From Bacillus subtilis subsp. subtilis str. 168 (GTDB taxonomy: Bacteria; Bacillota; Bacilli; Bacillales; Bacillaceae): a stretch of DNA of 32,000 bases. Below the pieces are notes generated by a model. That model saw only the letters and a program-made list of their open reading frames with translations. It did not search any database and had not been told where the DNA came from. This document shows positions 24,581 to 32,000 of the stretch, in pieces. Position 1 is the first letter of the stretch. Every line of letters begins with the position of its first letter. The stretch is from the NCBI RefSeq assembly GCF_000009045.1, contig NC_000964.3:2310001-2342000 (forward strand), given 5' to 3'. The position numbers and the translations under genes are program-made.

Positions 24581-26830
24581 TTACGACATTTGATCCAACA
24601 GCTGCAAAATTCTTTCCTTTGCTTTTATCCCTTCTATTTCCGTACCTATACAAGACGGACAGCCGTCATGACAAGGACAATGTGTAATCAGTTGTTTCGC
24701 CGCTTCATTAATGTCTGAAAAACGTTTAAAGACTTCCTCCGCCAAACCGATACCGCCCGGATAATGATCATATAAAAATATGGTTGGCAATCCGGTATGG
24801 GCTGCTTTAATTTGAGAAACAACATGAACATCATTTCGATCACACATGATATACACAGGGACAATATGCTGCAGCACATTCGAGATGCCAAGAAGCAGCT
24901 GTTCCAGTGTCTTTTCCCCGATGTCTTCATCCGCTGTTTTGATTTCGAGCCAAGCTGCACTTGTATGCAGTTCTTCTTCCGGCAAATGAATAGGTCCAGA
25001 CCCAATATTTTCAAAAGTGGTCATTTTTATTTTTTTAAAAATGGTCGGCAGGGCATTGACAGTGACGTCTCCGTAGTGCAATGACGTACGGCTTTTTTCT
25101 TTCGTTTTATCGATTTCTAATACCTTCAGCTGAACTGCCAGGTTTGCATCCGTATAATATTCGACATCGACTTTTCTGACATACGCCTTTTTATGGTCCC
25201 AATCGAGCTTCTCAACTTGATACTGAACGCCTTCATGCAAATAAATCGCTTCATCATGCAAAAGCGTCATCGCACTAAAACGGTCCATTTCACCGATAAT
25301 CCTTACATTTGCAATATCCGACTGATCAACTATAACGACATTTTCCTGGGAGGCGGAACGCAAACTGATGTTTGACGCAGGGAACGACTCACTTGCCCAA
25401 TGGTACCGTTCGCCGTTGCGGTGAAGAACAGCCTCTTCCTGAAGATACTCAAGAATATCACTGACTTCCATGGCTCCAAATTCTTCATCAGCTCTAAAAG
25501 GAAGCTCATAAGCCGCACACTTTAAGTGGTCTACTAAAATAATCAAATTCTCCGGATTGATTCTTGCAGATTCCGGCGAACGATTAAAGAAATATTCAGG
25601 ATGCCGCACAATATATTGGTCAATCGGTGTTGAATTGGCTACCATGATAATCAAAGATTCACCGTGTCTTCTGCCGGCTCGTCCCGCCTGCTGCCAAGCA
25701 CTTGCAACACTTCCGGGATACCCCGTCATTACACACACTTGCAGCTGGCCGATATCAACACCAAGCTCTAAGGCATTCGTACTGACCACTCCTAAAATGT
25801 CGCCTTCTCTCAGTCCTCTTTCGATTTCTCTTCGCTCTTTCGGCAGATAGCCTCCCCGATAGCCTCTGATTGATTTTGTTCCAATCTCTTTTTTCACAAG
25901 CTCCTGAATATGGCTTAAAATAATTTCCACCCGAACTCTGCTTCTGGCAAAAACAATGGTCTGCACTTTGTTTTTAAGGAACTCTTTCGCCAGTTCATTC
26001 ACTTCTGCGGTTGCGCTCCTTCTAATATTCAGCGGTTTGTTCACAATTGGCGGATTGTAAAACACAAAATGCTTGCGTCCGCTCGGTGCGCCGTTGTCAT
26101 CGACCAGCCGCATCGGTTTGCCTGTCAGCTGCTCTCCCAATTCCTTTGGGTTGGCAATCGTTGCGGAAGTACAAATAAAAACTGGATCACTTCCATAAAA
26201 CCGGCAGATCCGCTTCAGCCGCCGGATCACATTTGCCACATGGCTGCCGAACACACCTCGATACGTATGAAGCTCATCGATGACGATATACTTAAGGTTT
26301 TCAAACAAACTGACCCATTTCGTATGATGCGGTAGAATGGCAGAATGCAGCATATCGGGGTTTGTAATGACAATATGACCTGCTTTTCTCACCTTTTGTC
26401 TGATTGCCGGAGACGTATCCCCGTCATATGTAAAGCTTTTAATATCAATGCCCATTTCATCAATAATTTCATTTAGCTCGCTCTTTTGGTCTTGTGCCAG
26501 CGCTTTAGTCGGAAATAAATATAACGCCCGGTTTGTTTCATCTTGGGCGATGGACTGCAGGACTGGGAGGTTGTAGCATAACGTTTTTCCTGATGCTGTT
26601 GGCGTTACGGTAACGATGCTCTCTCCTTTTTGCACATATTGAAAAGCGGAATATTGGTGAGTATATAGTTCATCAATGCCCCTTTTCGAAAGGGCCGCTT
26701 TGATTCTCTCGTCTATACTTTCGGGCATAGGCCTTGTTTTTGCTTCCCGAGGCTCAATTTCATGCCAATTCACAACGTTTTCATTTCCTTTTAAATCAGA
26801 AATGAGTTCAGTCAGTGATTTCTTTTTCAT
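24581..26830 (-). CDS. yprA: SF2 DEAD/DEAH-box helicase with a C-terminal DUF1998 (4-Cys zinc) domain, 749 aa
   Basis: Motif I TPTASGKT, motif II DELH, motif III SAT, motif VI QQAGRAGRR. C-terminal CPCHDGCPSC at nt 24650-24679. RBS AAGAGGTG. Also named mrfA. Confidence 0.95.
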   Translation of the reverse strand: MKKKSLTELISDLKGNENVVNWHEIEPREAKTRPMPESIDERIKAALSKRGIDELYTHQYSAFQYVQKGESIVTVTPTASGKTLCYNLPVLQSIAQDETNRALYLFPTKALAQDQKSELNEIIDEMGIDIKSFTYDGDTSPAIRQKVRKAGHIVITNPDMLHSAILPHHTKWVSLFENLKYIVIDELHTYRGVFGSHVANVIRRLKRICRFYGSDPVFICTSATIANPKELGEQLTGKPMRLVDDNGAPSGRKHFVFYNPPIVNKPLNIRRSATAEVNELAKEFLKNKVQTIVFARSRVRVEIILSHIQELVKKEIGTKSIRGYRGGYLPKERREIERGLREGDILGVVSTNALELGVDIGQLQVCVMTGYPGSVASAWQQAGRAGRRHGESLIIMVANSTPIDQYIVRHPEYFFNRSPESARINPENLIILVDHLKCAAYELPFRADEEFGAMEVSDILEYLQEEAVLHRNGERYHWASESFPASNISLRSASQENVVIVDQSDIANVRIIGEMDRFSAMTLLHDEAIYLHEGVQYQVEKLDWDHKKAYVRKVDVEYYTDANLAVQLKVLEIDKTKEKSRTSLHYGDVTVNALPTIFKKIKMTTFENIGSGPIHLPEEELHTSAAWLEIKTADEDIGEKTLEQLLLGISNVLQHIVPVYIMCDRNDVHVVSQIKAAHTGLPTIFLYDHYPGGIGLAEEVFKRFSDINEAAKQLITHCPCHDGCPSCIGTEIEGIKAKERILQLLDQMS

Positions 26831-26906
26831 TCTTTACACCTCTTTGTCAAGTACAGTTTACCGAATATTTGTTTGCATGGCTAGGTGCAAATTTTATACA
26901 GTTGAA

Positions 26907-26933
26907 TAAAAAAAGCAAGGCATACGCCCTGCT
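26907..26933 (-). terminator. Terminator after ypqE
   Basis: Minus strand: AGCAGGGC-gtat-GCCTTGCT (one G-U pair) followed by TTTTTTT. The stem begins inside the stop codon. Confidence 0.75.
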
Positions 26934-27439
26934 TATTTCGCTTTTATTGTAAAGAGCTTTGATTCGCCTTTACGAGCAGCCTTTTCGCCTGCCGATACCA
27001 TTGATCCTACAGCCTCACCATTCATTATAACGATTGGGATGACTGTGCTGCTCGCTTTTTCTTTTATTAATTCCAAATCACATGTAATCAGCGGGTCACC
27101 GACCTTCACTTTATCCCCTTCTTTAATGTGGGCAGTAAATCCTTCTCCGTTCATATTGACTGTCTCCAGCCCGACATGAATTAACAGCTCAATTCCCGAG
27201 CGAGTCCGAATGCCAACGGCGTGTTTGGTGTGGAAAATCTGAATGACTTCACCTTCAGCGGGAGAAACGATTTCACCGCTAGAAGGTTCCACCGCTATTC
27301 CTTCTCCCATCATTTTCTGTGAAAAAACAGGGTCCGGTACATCTGACAGGTCCATTACTGTACCGTCTGCCGGAGAATAAATAACCTCTTCTGTCACCTT
27401 TTCCTGAATTTTGCCCATTCCGAATAATTTTTTCAGCAA
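26933..27439 (-). CDS. ypqE: Stand-alone PTS EIIA (glucose-family) domain protein
   Basis: EIIA-Glc signature: …[18 protein letters not shown]…FHTKHAVGI…[16 protein letters not shown]…. I prefer the TTG start at 27439, behind AAGGGAG with 8-nt spacing (168 aa). The track ORF starts at GTG 27490. Confidence 0.75.
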
Positions 27440-27576
27440 TGTATTTTCTCCCTTCTCATTCACTTCAACCGTTATCCCTTCATTCACCACTATTTAACCA
27501 CACTTTCAATTTTGCTTCAATTTATAACAACATCTGGCATAGACGCATAATCTGGTTAAAAAAGGCGGTGGCGATA

Positions 27577-27996
27577 TTGGAATTCCATGATGACAAAAAG
27601 AACGAACTGCAAAAGAAAGAAGAAATCATAACGGAGGCAATCGACACTCTTTTTCAATCCTCAGCGTTCGGCAACCTTATAAACGGATTTCAGAACCTAA
27701 TCAACTCGAGTTTAAAGGATGTGCAGACGACCATACATGTCAGAGAAAGAGATACTGGGCTGTATATCGATATTACCATTCCGGCGACGTTTCGAGATGG
27801 CGAGATCGTCGTTGATGTTAAATCGAGGTATCTCCATGTAACACTCCAAGAAAAACAGAAACACCAAAATGAGGCTACCTTTACAAGCATGACAAGAACG
27901 GTTCAGCTGCCTTATGAAGTTCGCCAAGAAGATATGGAAACGTCTTGGAACGAGCAGACAATGACACTTTTCTTTCCAAAAAATAAGCATGAATGA
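27577..27996 (+). CDS. ypqA: Hsp20/alpha-crystallin-like small protein
   Basis: The C-terminal pattern IDITIP…GEIVVDVKSRYLHVTLQEK…RTVQLPYEV…MTLFFPK follows the ACD beta-sandwich pattern. The start is uncertain: TTG 27577 is behind GGTGG, and GTG 27568 is the alternative. Confidence 0.6.
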   Translation: MEFHDDKKNELQKKEEIITEAIDTLFQSSAFGNLINGFQNLINSSLKDVQTTIHVRERDTGLYIDITIPATFRDGEIVVDVKSRYLHVTLQEKQKHQNEATFTSMTRTVQLPYEVRQEDMETSWNEQTMTLFFPKNKHE

Positions 27997-28013
27997 ACGA
28001 TTCATTCATGCTT
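27985..28013. terminator. Bidirectional terminator between ypqA and yppG
   Basis: Perfect 12-bp stem AAGCATGAATGA-acgat-TCATTCATGCTT. It contains the ypqA stop, and on the minus strand it is followed by ATTTTTT. Confidence 0.8.
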
Positions 28014-28016
28014 CTA

Positions 28017-28394
28017 TCATTTAAAAAAGCTGGTAAATCCCTTTATTAAAGATCCGACCTGATTCATTGCACTCATTACTTGACCTGTCGTATCCATCAT
28101 TTTATTAAAATCAAATTGCCCATTGGCTTTTTTGAACTGCGACATAATGCTTTGAAATTGTGAAGGCTGCTGTTGATTAGGCCTTGGGATAGGATAAGGG
28201 TTAGAAAATACAGGCGGCTGCATAGGCATAGGCTGGATCGGAGCATAAGGCTGATAATAATCCTGCTGTCCATAATGCTGCTGAGGCAGTTGTTGCTCTA
28301 AATAACCGGGTGCAGCCTGCTGATAATATCCTTGCATATGCTGAGGATAATAATAGCCCATTTGCCGAGGATAGCTTCGAGAGCTCCCGTTCAT
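28017..28394 (-). CDS. yppG: Q/P/Y-rich low-complexity protein (spore-associated), 125 aa
   Basis: Strong RBS TAGGGGGGAATCGCA. The N-terminal ~85 aa are dominated by Q, P and Y ([13 protein letters not shown]…[19 protein letters not shown]…). Confidence 0.8.
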
Positions 28395-28581
28395 TGCGAT
28401 TCCCCCCTAAACACAACATATTTCTCTTCTATATATGTATGAATGACTTCTATTGTTTGTGTCACAAGTGATGATTAGCATTTGTCAAATTGTGTCGAAA
28501 GTTTAAATTTTTTAAAAACAGAAAAAAGTCGAATCATTATGGTACCATATTTTCAATACAGATGAGAGGGGATGCACCATA

Positions 28582-28770
28582 ATGAACGTATCATACTTAA
28601 GCAAACGTTTTGCAGAAATGAAGAAATATGAAACAGACTGTATGAATAAACTGATGGACTTTGCCAAGTTCCTCTATATTCAAGGACATCTCAGCATAAC
28701 TGAGTTTCGTAACAGTATGAAGGTTCTCGAAGCAAATGGAGCAGAAAGCCCGGCATATGAGATGAATTAA
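28582..28770 (+). CDS. yppF: Small protein of unknown function (62 aa)
   Basis: RBS GAGAGGGGATG is 8 nt upstream of the ATG. Followed by a hairpin at 28797-28823. Confidence 0.7.
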   Translation: MNVSYLSKRFAEMKKYETDCMNKLMDFAKFLYIQGHLSITEFRNSMKVLEANGAESPAYEMN

Positions 28771-28796
28771 CGTCCGGCCCCCTATAAAAACGAAAA

Positions 28797-28823
28797 GAAG
28801 ACAGCCTTTTACCGGCTGTCTTC
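28797..28823. terminator. Hairpin between convergent yppF and yppE
   Basis: GAAGACAGCC-ttttacc-GGCTGTCTTC. The yppE stop codon lies in the loop. Confidence 0.65.
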
Positions 28824-29180
28824 TCTTGCAATTTCATCCTTTACTGCGTGCAATGTATAAAGGACTGACTCAGTGATGTCCTTGAATCGTTTTTTATGAA
28901 TATGATGAACATAAGATTGAAGGACCAATTCCAGGAAATTATCCTTTACGGCCTCAATTTGCTCTTTATGCACATATTTTGGCCGGCGGACTTTTATCAA
29001 TTCAAGAGCACCCTCTGCCCAGCGAGCAGCCAGTTCATCATTCTCTTCAACTGCAGGCTTTATCGTCTCAAAAAAATCATAAGAATGATTACTGTTTTTT
29101 CCTTCCTGATACCGATCAGCGCCTTTTTCAGCAACTTCAATCATTTGCTCGGTCATTTCCAGCAAAGTTTGTGATAGCAA
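28809..29180 (-). CDS. yppE: Helical-bundle protein of unknown function (DUF1798-like), 123 aa
   Basis: Clean ORF, all-helical by composition. Identity is from recollection of gene order. Confidence 0.75.
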   Translation of the reverse strand: MLSQTLLEMTEQMIEVAEKGADRYQEGKNSNHSYDFFETIKPAVEENDELAARWAEGALELIKVRRPKYVHKEQIEAVKDNFLELVLQSYVHHIHKKRFKDITESVLYTLHAVKDEIAREDSR

Positions 29181-29225
29181 TATCTTTCACCTCAATGCCT
29201 ATCGTACCAAATTTCACTCACAAAT

Positions 29226-29471
29226 TCAGCCGATGCGGTATACCTTCTCAAACGCATACCTGTGTTCAGGCGATTGATACAGCTCATTTATACAAATATG
29301 AAGATCTATGATTTCTTCTTCGAGCACACTTAGGCGATCGTTCTCCGTTTCCCGCATCTCAGCCTCTAATGCATTTACAGAATGATTCAGGCTTTGCTCA
29401 GCTCGCGTTAATTCATCTTCTATATCAGAAAGCATACGGAGAATATCTGTCTTGCATACATAACCGGACAT
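29226..29471 (-). CDS. yppD: Small coiled-coil protein of unknown function (81 aa)
   Basis: The start is re-called to ATG 29471 (MSGYVCKTDILRML…), which has the strong RBS AAAGGGAGGTACACGA. The track ORF is extended by 37 codons. Confidence 0.75.
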   Translation of the reverse strand: MSGYVCKTDILRMLSDIEDELTRAEQSLNHSVNALEAEMRETENDRLSVLEEEIIDLHICINELYQSPEHRYAFEKVYRIG

Positions 29472-29669
29472 TCGTGTACCTCCCTTTCCTTGTCTCTCCC
29501 GGTTAACATTCTTTGCTCTCAAGGCTCTTTCCTTCCTCATGACAAAACTAGAAGCAAATCGCCAAACAAACAGGTATTCCACGAAAAGCTGAAGTTTTCG
29601 ACAAAAACACCCGCAAAAATTGTATGATCCTCCTCATTAATGCAAACGATACTTGTGAGGAGGTGCCGT

Positions 29670-29774
29670 ATGAAAACAAGACCGAAAAAAGCCGGCCAGC
29701 AAAAAAAGACTGAATCAAAGGCAATCGATTCTTTAGATAAAAAATTAGGCGGCCCGAACCGCCCTTCTACGTAA
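29670..29774 (+). CDS. sspM: Small acid-soluble spore protein M (34 aa), not in the ORF track
   Basis: RBS GTGAGGAGGTG. Translation: MKTRPKKAGQQKKTESKAIDSLDKKLGGPNRPST, recognised as SspM. Confidence 0.85.
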   Translation: MKTRPKKAGQQKKTESKAIDSLDKKLGGPNRPST

Positions 29775-29807
29775 GAAGCAAGGAATTTCCTTGCTTCTTT
29801 ATTTTTT
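29773..29807. terminator. Bidirectional terminator shared by sspM and yppC
   Basis: 11-bp stem AAGAAGCAAGG-aattt-CCTTGCTTCTT followed by TATTTTTT. It overlaps the sspM stop and the 3' end of yppC. Confidence 0.8.
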
Positions 29808-30761
29808 CAGCCACTGCTCCACCGCAAAAAGCGCATGAAGCTGGCGCTTTTTATGTAAATACCAGTCTGTCAATTCAATCTGCTTCGGCAATTCCTCGCG
29901 CCTAAAGAACGTTTTCTTTATCTTTCCATGAAACCAATCTGTTTTCGTTCCGTCTAATGAGTGGATTAACTCAGGGTAGCATGTCCTTAGCATAGGAGAT
30001 GTTCTTTTTGTAATCCCGATCATCTTTTCCATATCAAAACGGGAACCTGTGTGCGGCACTGTGTGCAAAAAGTGATAAAAAGAGGAGAACAATTCTGGCT
30101 TGAACAGCAATTGAGACAGCTGCTTTCCCAGCCTTATCCTTTCCTCCGCCTTTGAAAAGCGTTTCACTGAAATGCCGTAAAAAAACCCATTTGAGGAAGG
30201 AAAAATAACGGTGTTAAAATGAAACCAGTCACTTAAATAAAAAGGAATCGTGTCAAAAACATTCTTTTTAAACGAAGGATTTTGTATAATAGGTGTTTGG
30301 ATAGTGTTTTGTTCATTTATAATGAGGGCATACATTAGCCGCTCCGTATTTCGCTCATGCCAAAAACGGGTCCATTCTTCCGACATAAATTGTGAGACGC
30401 CAAACACATGCAGCAGATGAAACAGCGGTTTCCCAACTCTTTTTGACCAGTGGTATAAAAGAAGCTGCGGATAGGCATCCGAAAAAATAAGCCAGTTCGC
30501 TCTTTCATAGGCTAAAAAGAACCATTTTTGCTGTCTCTCACGGAGTCCAAGCTGAAACAGACTGCCTTTTAAGTCAGTCATTGACCAGCCGGCATTACGA
30601 GAAACGAAAGAAGCCAAAAGCGACCATTTGATTTCCGGATGACGGTCGTAAAATGCTTTATAAGCATTTGTTCTTGAAATGTTATCCGCGTTTTTCATTT
30701 TTGTCTGCCGCTCAATCCGGCTCAGAAGCTTTCTGATGGCCTGTTGTTCTTGCACGTTCAT
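29799..30761 (-). CDS. yppC: Conserved protein of unknown function (DUF2515-like), 320 aa
   Basis: Clean 320-aa ORF, rich in W, F and H. Divergent from recU with only a 40-bp gap. Confidence 0.8.
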   Translation of the reverse strand: MNVQEQQAIRKLLSRIERQTKMKNADNISRTNAYKAFYDRHPEIKWSLLASFVSRNAGWSMTDLKGSLFQLGLRERQQKWFFLAYERANWLIFSDAYPQLLLYHWSKRVGKPLFHLLHVFGVSQFMSEEWTRFWHERNTERLMYALIINEQNTIQTPIIQNPSFKKNVFDTIPFYLSDWFHFNTVIFPSSNGFFYGISVKRFSKAEERIRLGKQLSQLLFKPELFSSFYHFLHTVPHTGSRFDMEKMIGITKRTSPMLRTCYPELIHSLDGTKTDWFHGKIKKTFFRREELPKQIELTDWYLHKKRQLHALFAVEQWLKK

Positions 30762-30801
30762 TCACTTCCGTCATGATTAGTTTAATAAGGAGGATGAGAA
30801 A

Positions 30802-31422
30802 GTGATTCGGTATCCTAATGGAAAAACATTTCAGCCGAAACATTCGGTTTCATCCCAAAACAGTCAGAAAAGGGCCCCGTCTTACAGTAATCGCGGAATG
30901 ACCCTCGAAGATGACTTAAACGAAACGAATAAGTATTATCTGACAAACCAAATTGCCGTTATACACAAAAAGCCGACACCTGTTCAAATTGTAAATGTCC
31001 ATTATCCAAAAAGAAGTGCCGCAGTGATTAAAGAAGCTTACTTTAAACAATCATCGACAACAGACTACAATGGGATTTACAAAGGGCGGTATATTGATTT
31101 TGAGGCGAAAGAAACGAAAAACAAGACCTCTTTCCCCCTGCAGAATTTTCATGACCATCAAATCGAGCATATGAAGCAGGTAAAGGCTCAAGACGGTATT
31201 TGTTTTGTTATTATATCCGCTTTCGACCAGGTTTATTTTTTGGAAGCCGATAAGCTGTTTTATTTCTGGGACAGAAAAGAAAAAAACGGCAGAAAATCAA
31301 TTCGAAAAGATGAGTTGGAAGAAACAGCTTATCCGATTTCTCTTGGATACGCACCCAGAATTGATTATATTAGTATTATTGAACAGCTTTATTTTTCGCC
31401 ATCATCTGGTGCGAAAGGTTGA
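30802..31422 (+). CDS. recU: Holliday junction resolvase RecU
   Basis: GTG start behind TAAGGAGGATGAGAAA. RecU sequence: …[17 protein letters not shown]…DFEAKET…FHDHQIEHM…. Confidence 0.95.
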   Translation: MIRYPNGKTFQPKHSVSSQNSQKRAPSYSNRGMTLEDDLNETNKYYLTNQIAVIHKKPTPVQIVNVHYPKRSAAVIKEAYFKQSSTTDYNGIYKGRYIDFEAKETKNKTSFPLQNFHDHQIEHMKQVKAQDGICFVIISAFDQVYFLEADKLFYFWDRKEKNGRKSIRKDELEETAYPISLGYAPRIDYISIIEQLYFSPSSGAKG

Positions 31423-31443
31423 TTAACGAAAGGTTGAGATGTT

Positions 31444-32000
31444 ATGTCAGATCAATTTAACAGCCGTGAAGCTCGACGAAAAGCGAACAGCAAATCGAGT
31501 CCTTCACCGAAAAAAGGCAAGAAACGAAAAAAGGGCGGATTGTTTAAAAAGACCCTTTTCACTTTACTCATTCTGTTTGTTTTAGGCGTAGTCGGCGGTG
31601 CTGTTACATTTGCCGTCATGGTTTCTGATGCGCCGTCCCTTGATGAAAGCAAATTGAAGACGCCTTATTCATCAACGATTTATGATAAAAATGGAAAAGA
31701 GATCGCCGAAGTCGGCGCCGAAAAACGGACCTACGTCTCGATAGATGAAATTCCCGATGTTGTAAAAGAAGCCTTTATCGCGACAGAAGACGCTCGTTTT
31801 TATGAGCACCACGGGATTGACCCTGTCCGTATCGGCGGTGCATTAGTTGCCAACTTTAAAGACGGCTTCGGGGCTGAAGGCGGAAGTACGATCACCCAGC
31901 AGGTCGTCAAAAACTCCCTTCTTTCACATCAGAAGACGTTGAAACGGAAGGTGCAGGAAGTATGGCTTTCGATTCAGCTGGAGCGCAATTACTCTAAAGA
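31444..32000 (+). CDS. ponA: Class A penicillin-binding protein 1A/1B (N-terminal TM helix plus GT51 glycosyltransferase domain), 3' end cut by the window edge
   Basis: ATG 31444. Translation: MSDQFNSREARRKANSKSSPSPKKGKKRKK…, a TM helix, then the GT51 motifs EDARFYEHHGID and GGSTITQQ. The frame is open to the window end, so it is not in the ORF track. Confidence 0.9.
   Translation, partial: MSDQFNSREARRKANSKSSPSPKKGKKRKKGGLFKKTLFTLLILFVLGVVGGAVTFAVMVSDAPSLDESKLKTPYSSTIYDKNGKEIAEVGAEKRTYVSIDEIPDVVKEAFIATEDARFYEHHGIDPVRIGGALVANFKDGFGAEGGSTITQQVVKNSLLSHQKTLKRKVQEVWLSIQLERNYSK

Noticed and set aside
24468-24653. 61-aa R/K-rich ORF spanning the yprA/yprB junction
   Set aside because: It is out of frame with both genes and overlaps the yprA zinc-module codons and the yprB start. 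It has no RBS.
26831-26932. Search for a LexA (Cheo) box or other damage-responsive operator upstream of yprA
   Set aside because: Nothing resembling CGAACnnnnGTTCG was seen by eye. The perfect TTGACA at about 26849-26854 is too close to the RBS to act as a -35.
29583-29669. Forespore (sigma-G/F) promoter for sspM
   Set aside because: GTATG is a plausible -35, but the sequence 17-18 nt downstream (CAAACGATA) does not fit CATXHTA well enough to call.

Overview
This window reads as core chromosome of a Bacillus subtilis-group organism. I recognise the gene order and protein sequences from memory as the ypdP...ponA segment of B. subtilis; no database search was possible. Coding density is high and most genes are on the minus strand.

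Genes in window order:
- ypdP (5'-truncated), the RNase HI-like ypdQ, sspL
- the 5'-3' exonuclease ypcP/fenA, an unlisted 48-codon gene, ypbS
- the two-headed dynamin dynA (ypbR)
- the type III PKS pair bpsA-bpsB
- pbuX-xpt with the guanine riboswitch and PurR boxes
- the M32 carboxypeptidase ypwA
- the pectin/KDG cluster kdgT-kdgA-kdgK-kdgR, divergent from kduI-kduD
- the Fe-S DinG/XPD-like helicase ypvA, yptA, an unlisted 50-codon gene
- the THUMP methyltransferase ypsC, RNase P RNA (rnpB), gpsB, the SLOG protein ypsA, cotD
- the helicase/exonuclease pair yprA-yprB (mrfA-mrfB)
- the orphan PTS EIIA ypqE, the Hsp20-like ypqA, yppG, yppF, yppE, yppD, sspM, yppC, recU and the 5' part of ponA

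I saw no transposase, integrase, CRISPR array, rRNA or tRNA, and no obvious compositional island.

Best candidates for an under-explored system:
1. yprA-yprB, an SF2 helicase with a DUF1998 zinc module coupled to a DEDDh exonuclease-TPR protein. The architecture is shared with helicases of defence systems.
2. The fused double dynamin dynA.
3. A self-contained unit between bpsB and dynA that is absent from the ORF track. It has an extended -10 sigma-A promoter bracketed by two 17-bp palindromic, Fur-family-like 7-1-7 boxes, a 29-codon hydrophobic ORF and a weak terminator.

Several ORF-track entries have over-extended N-termini; I re-called those starts from the RBS context. Several plus-strand ORFs are antisense shadows.
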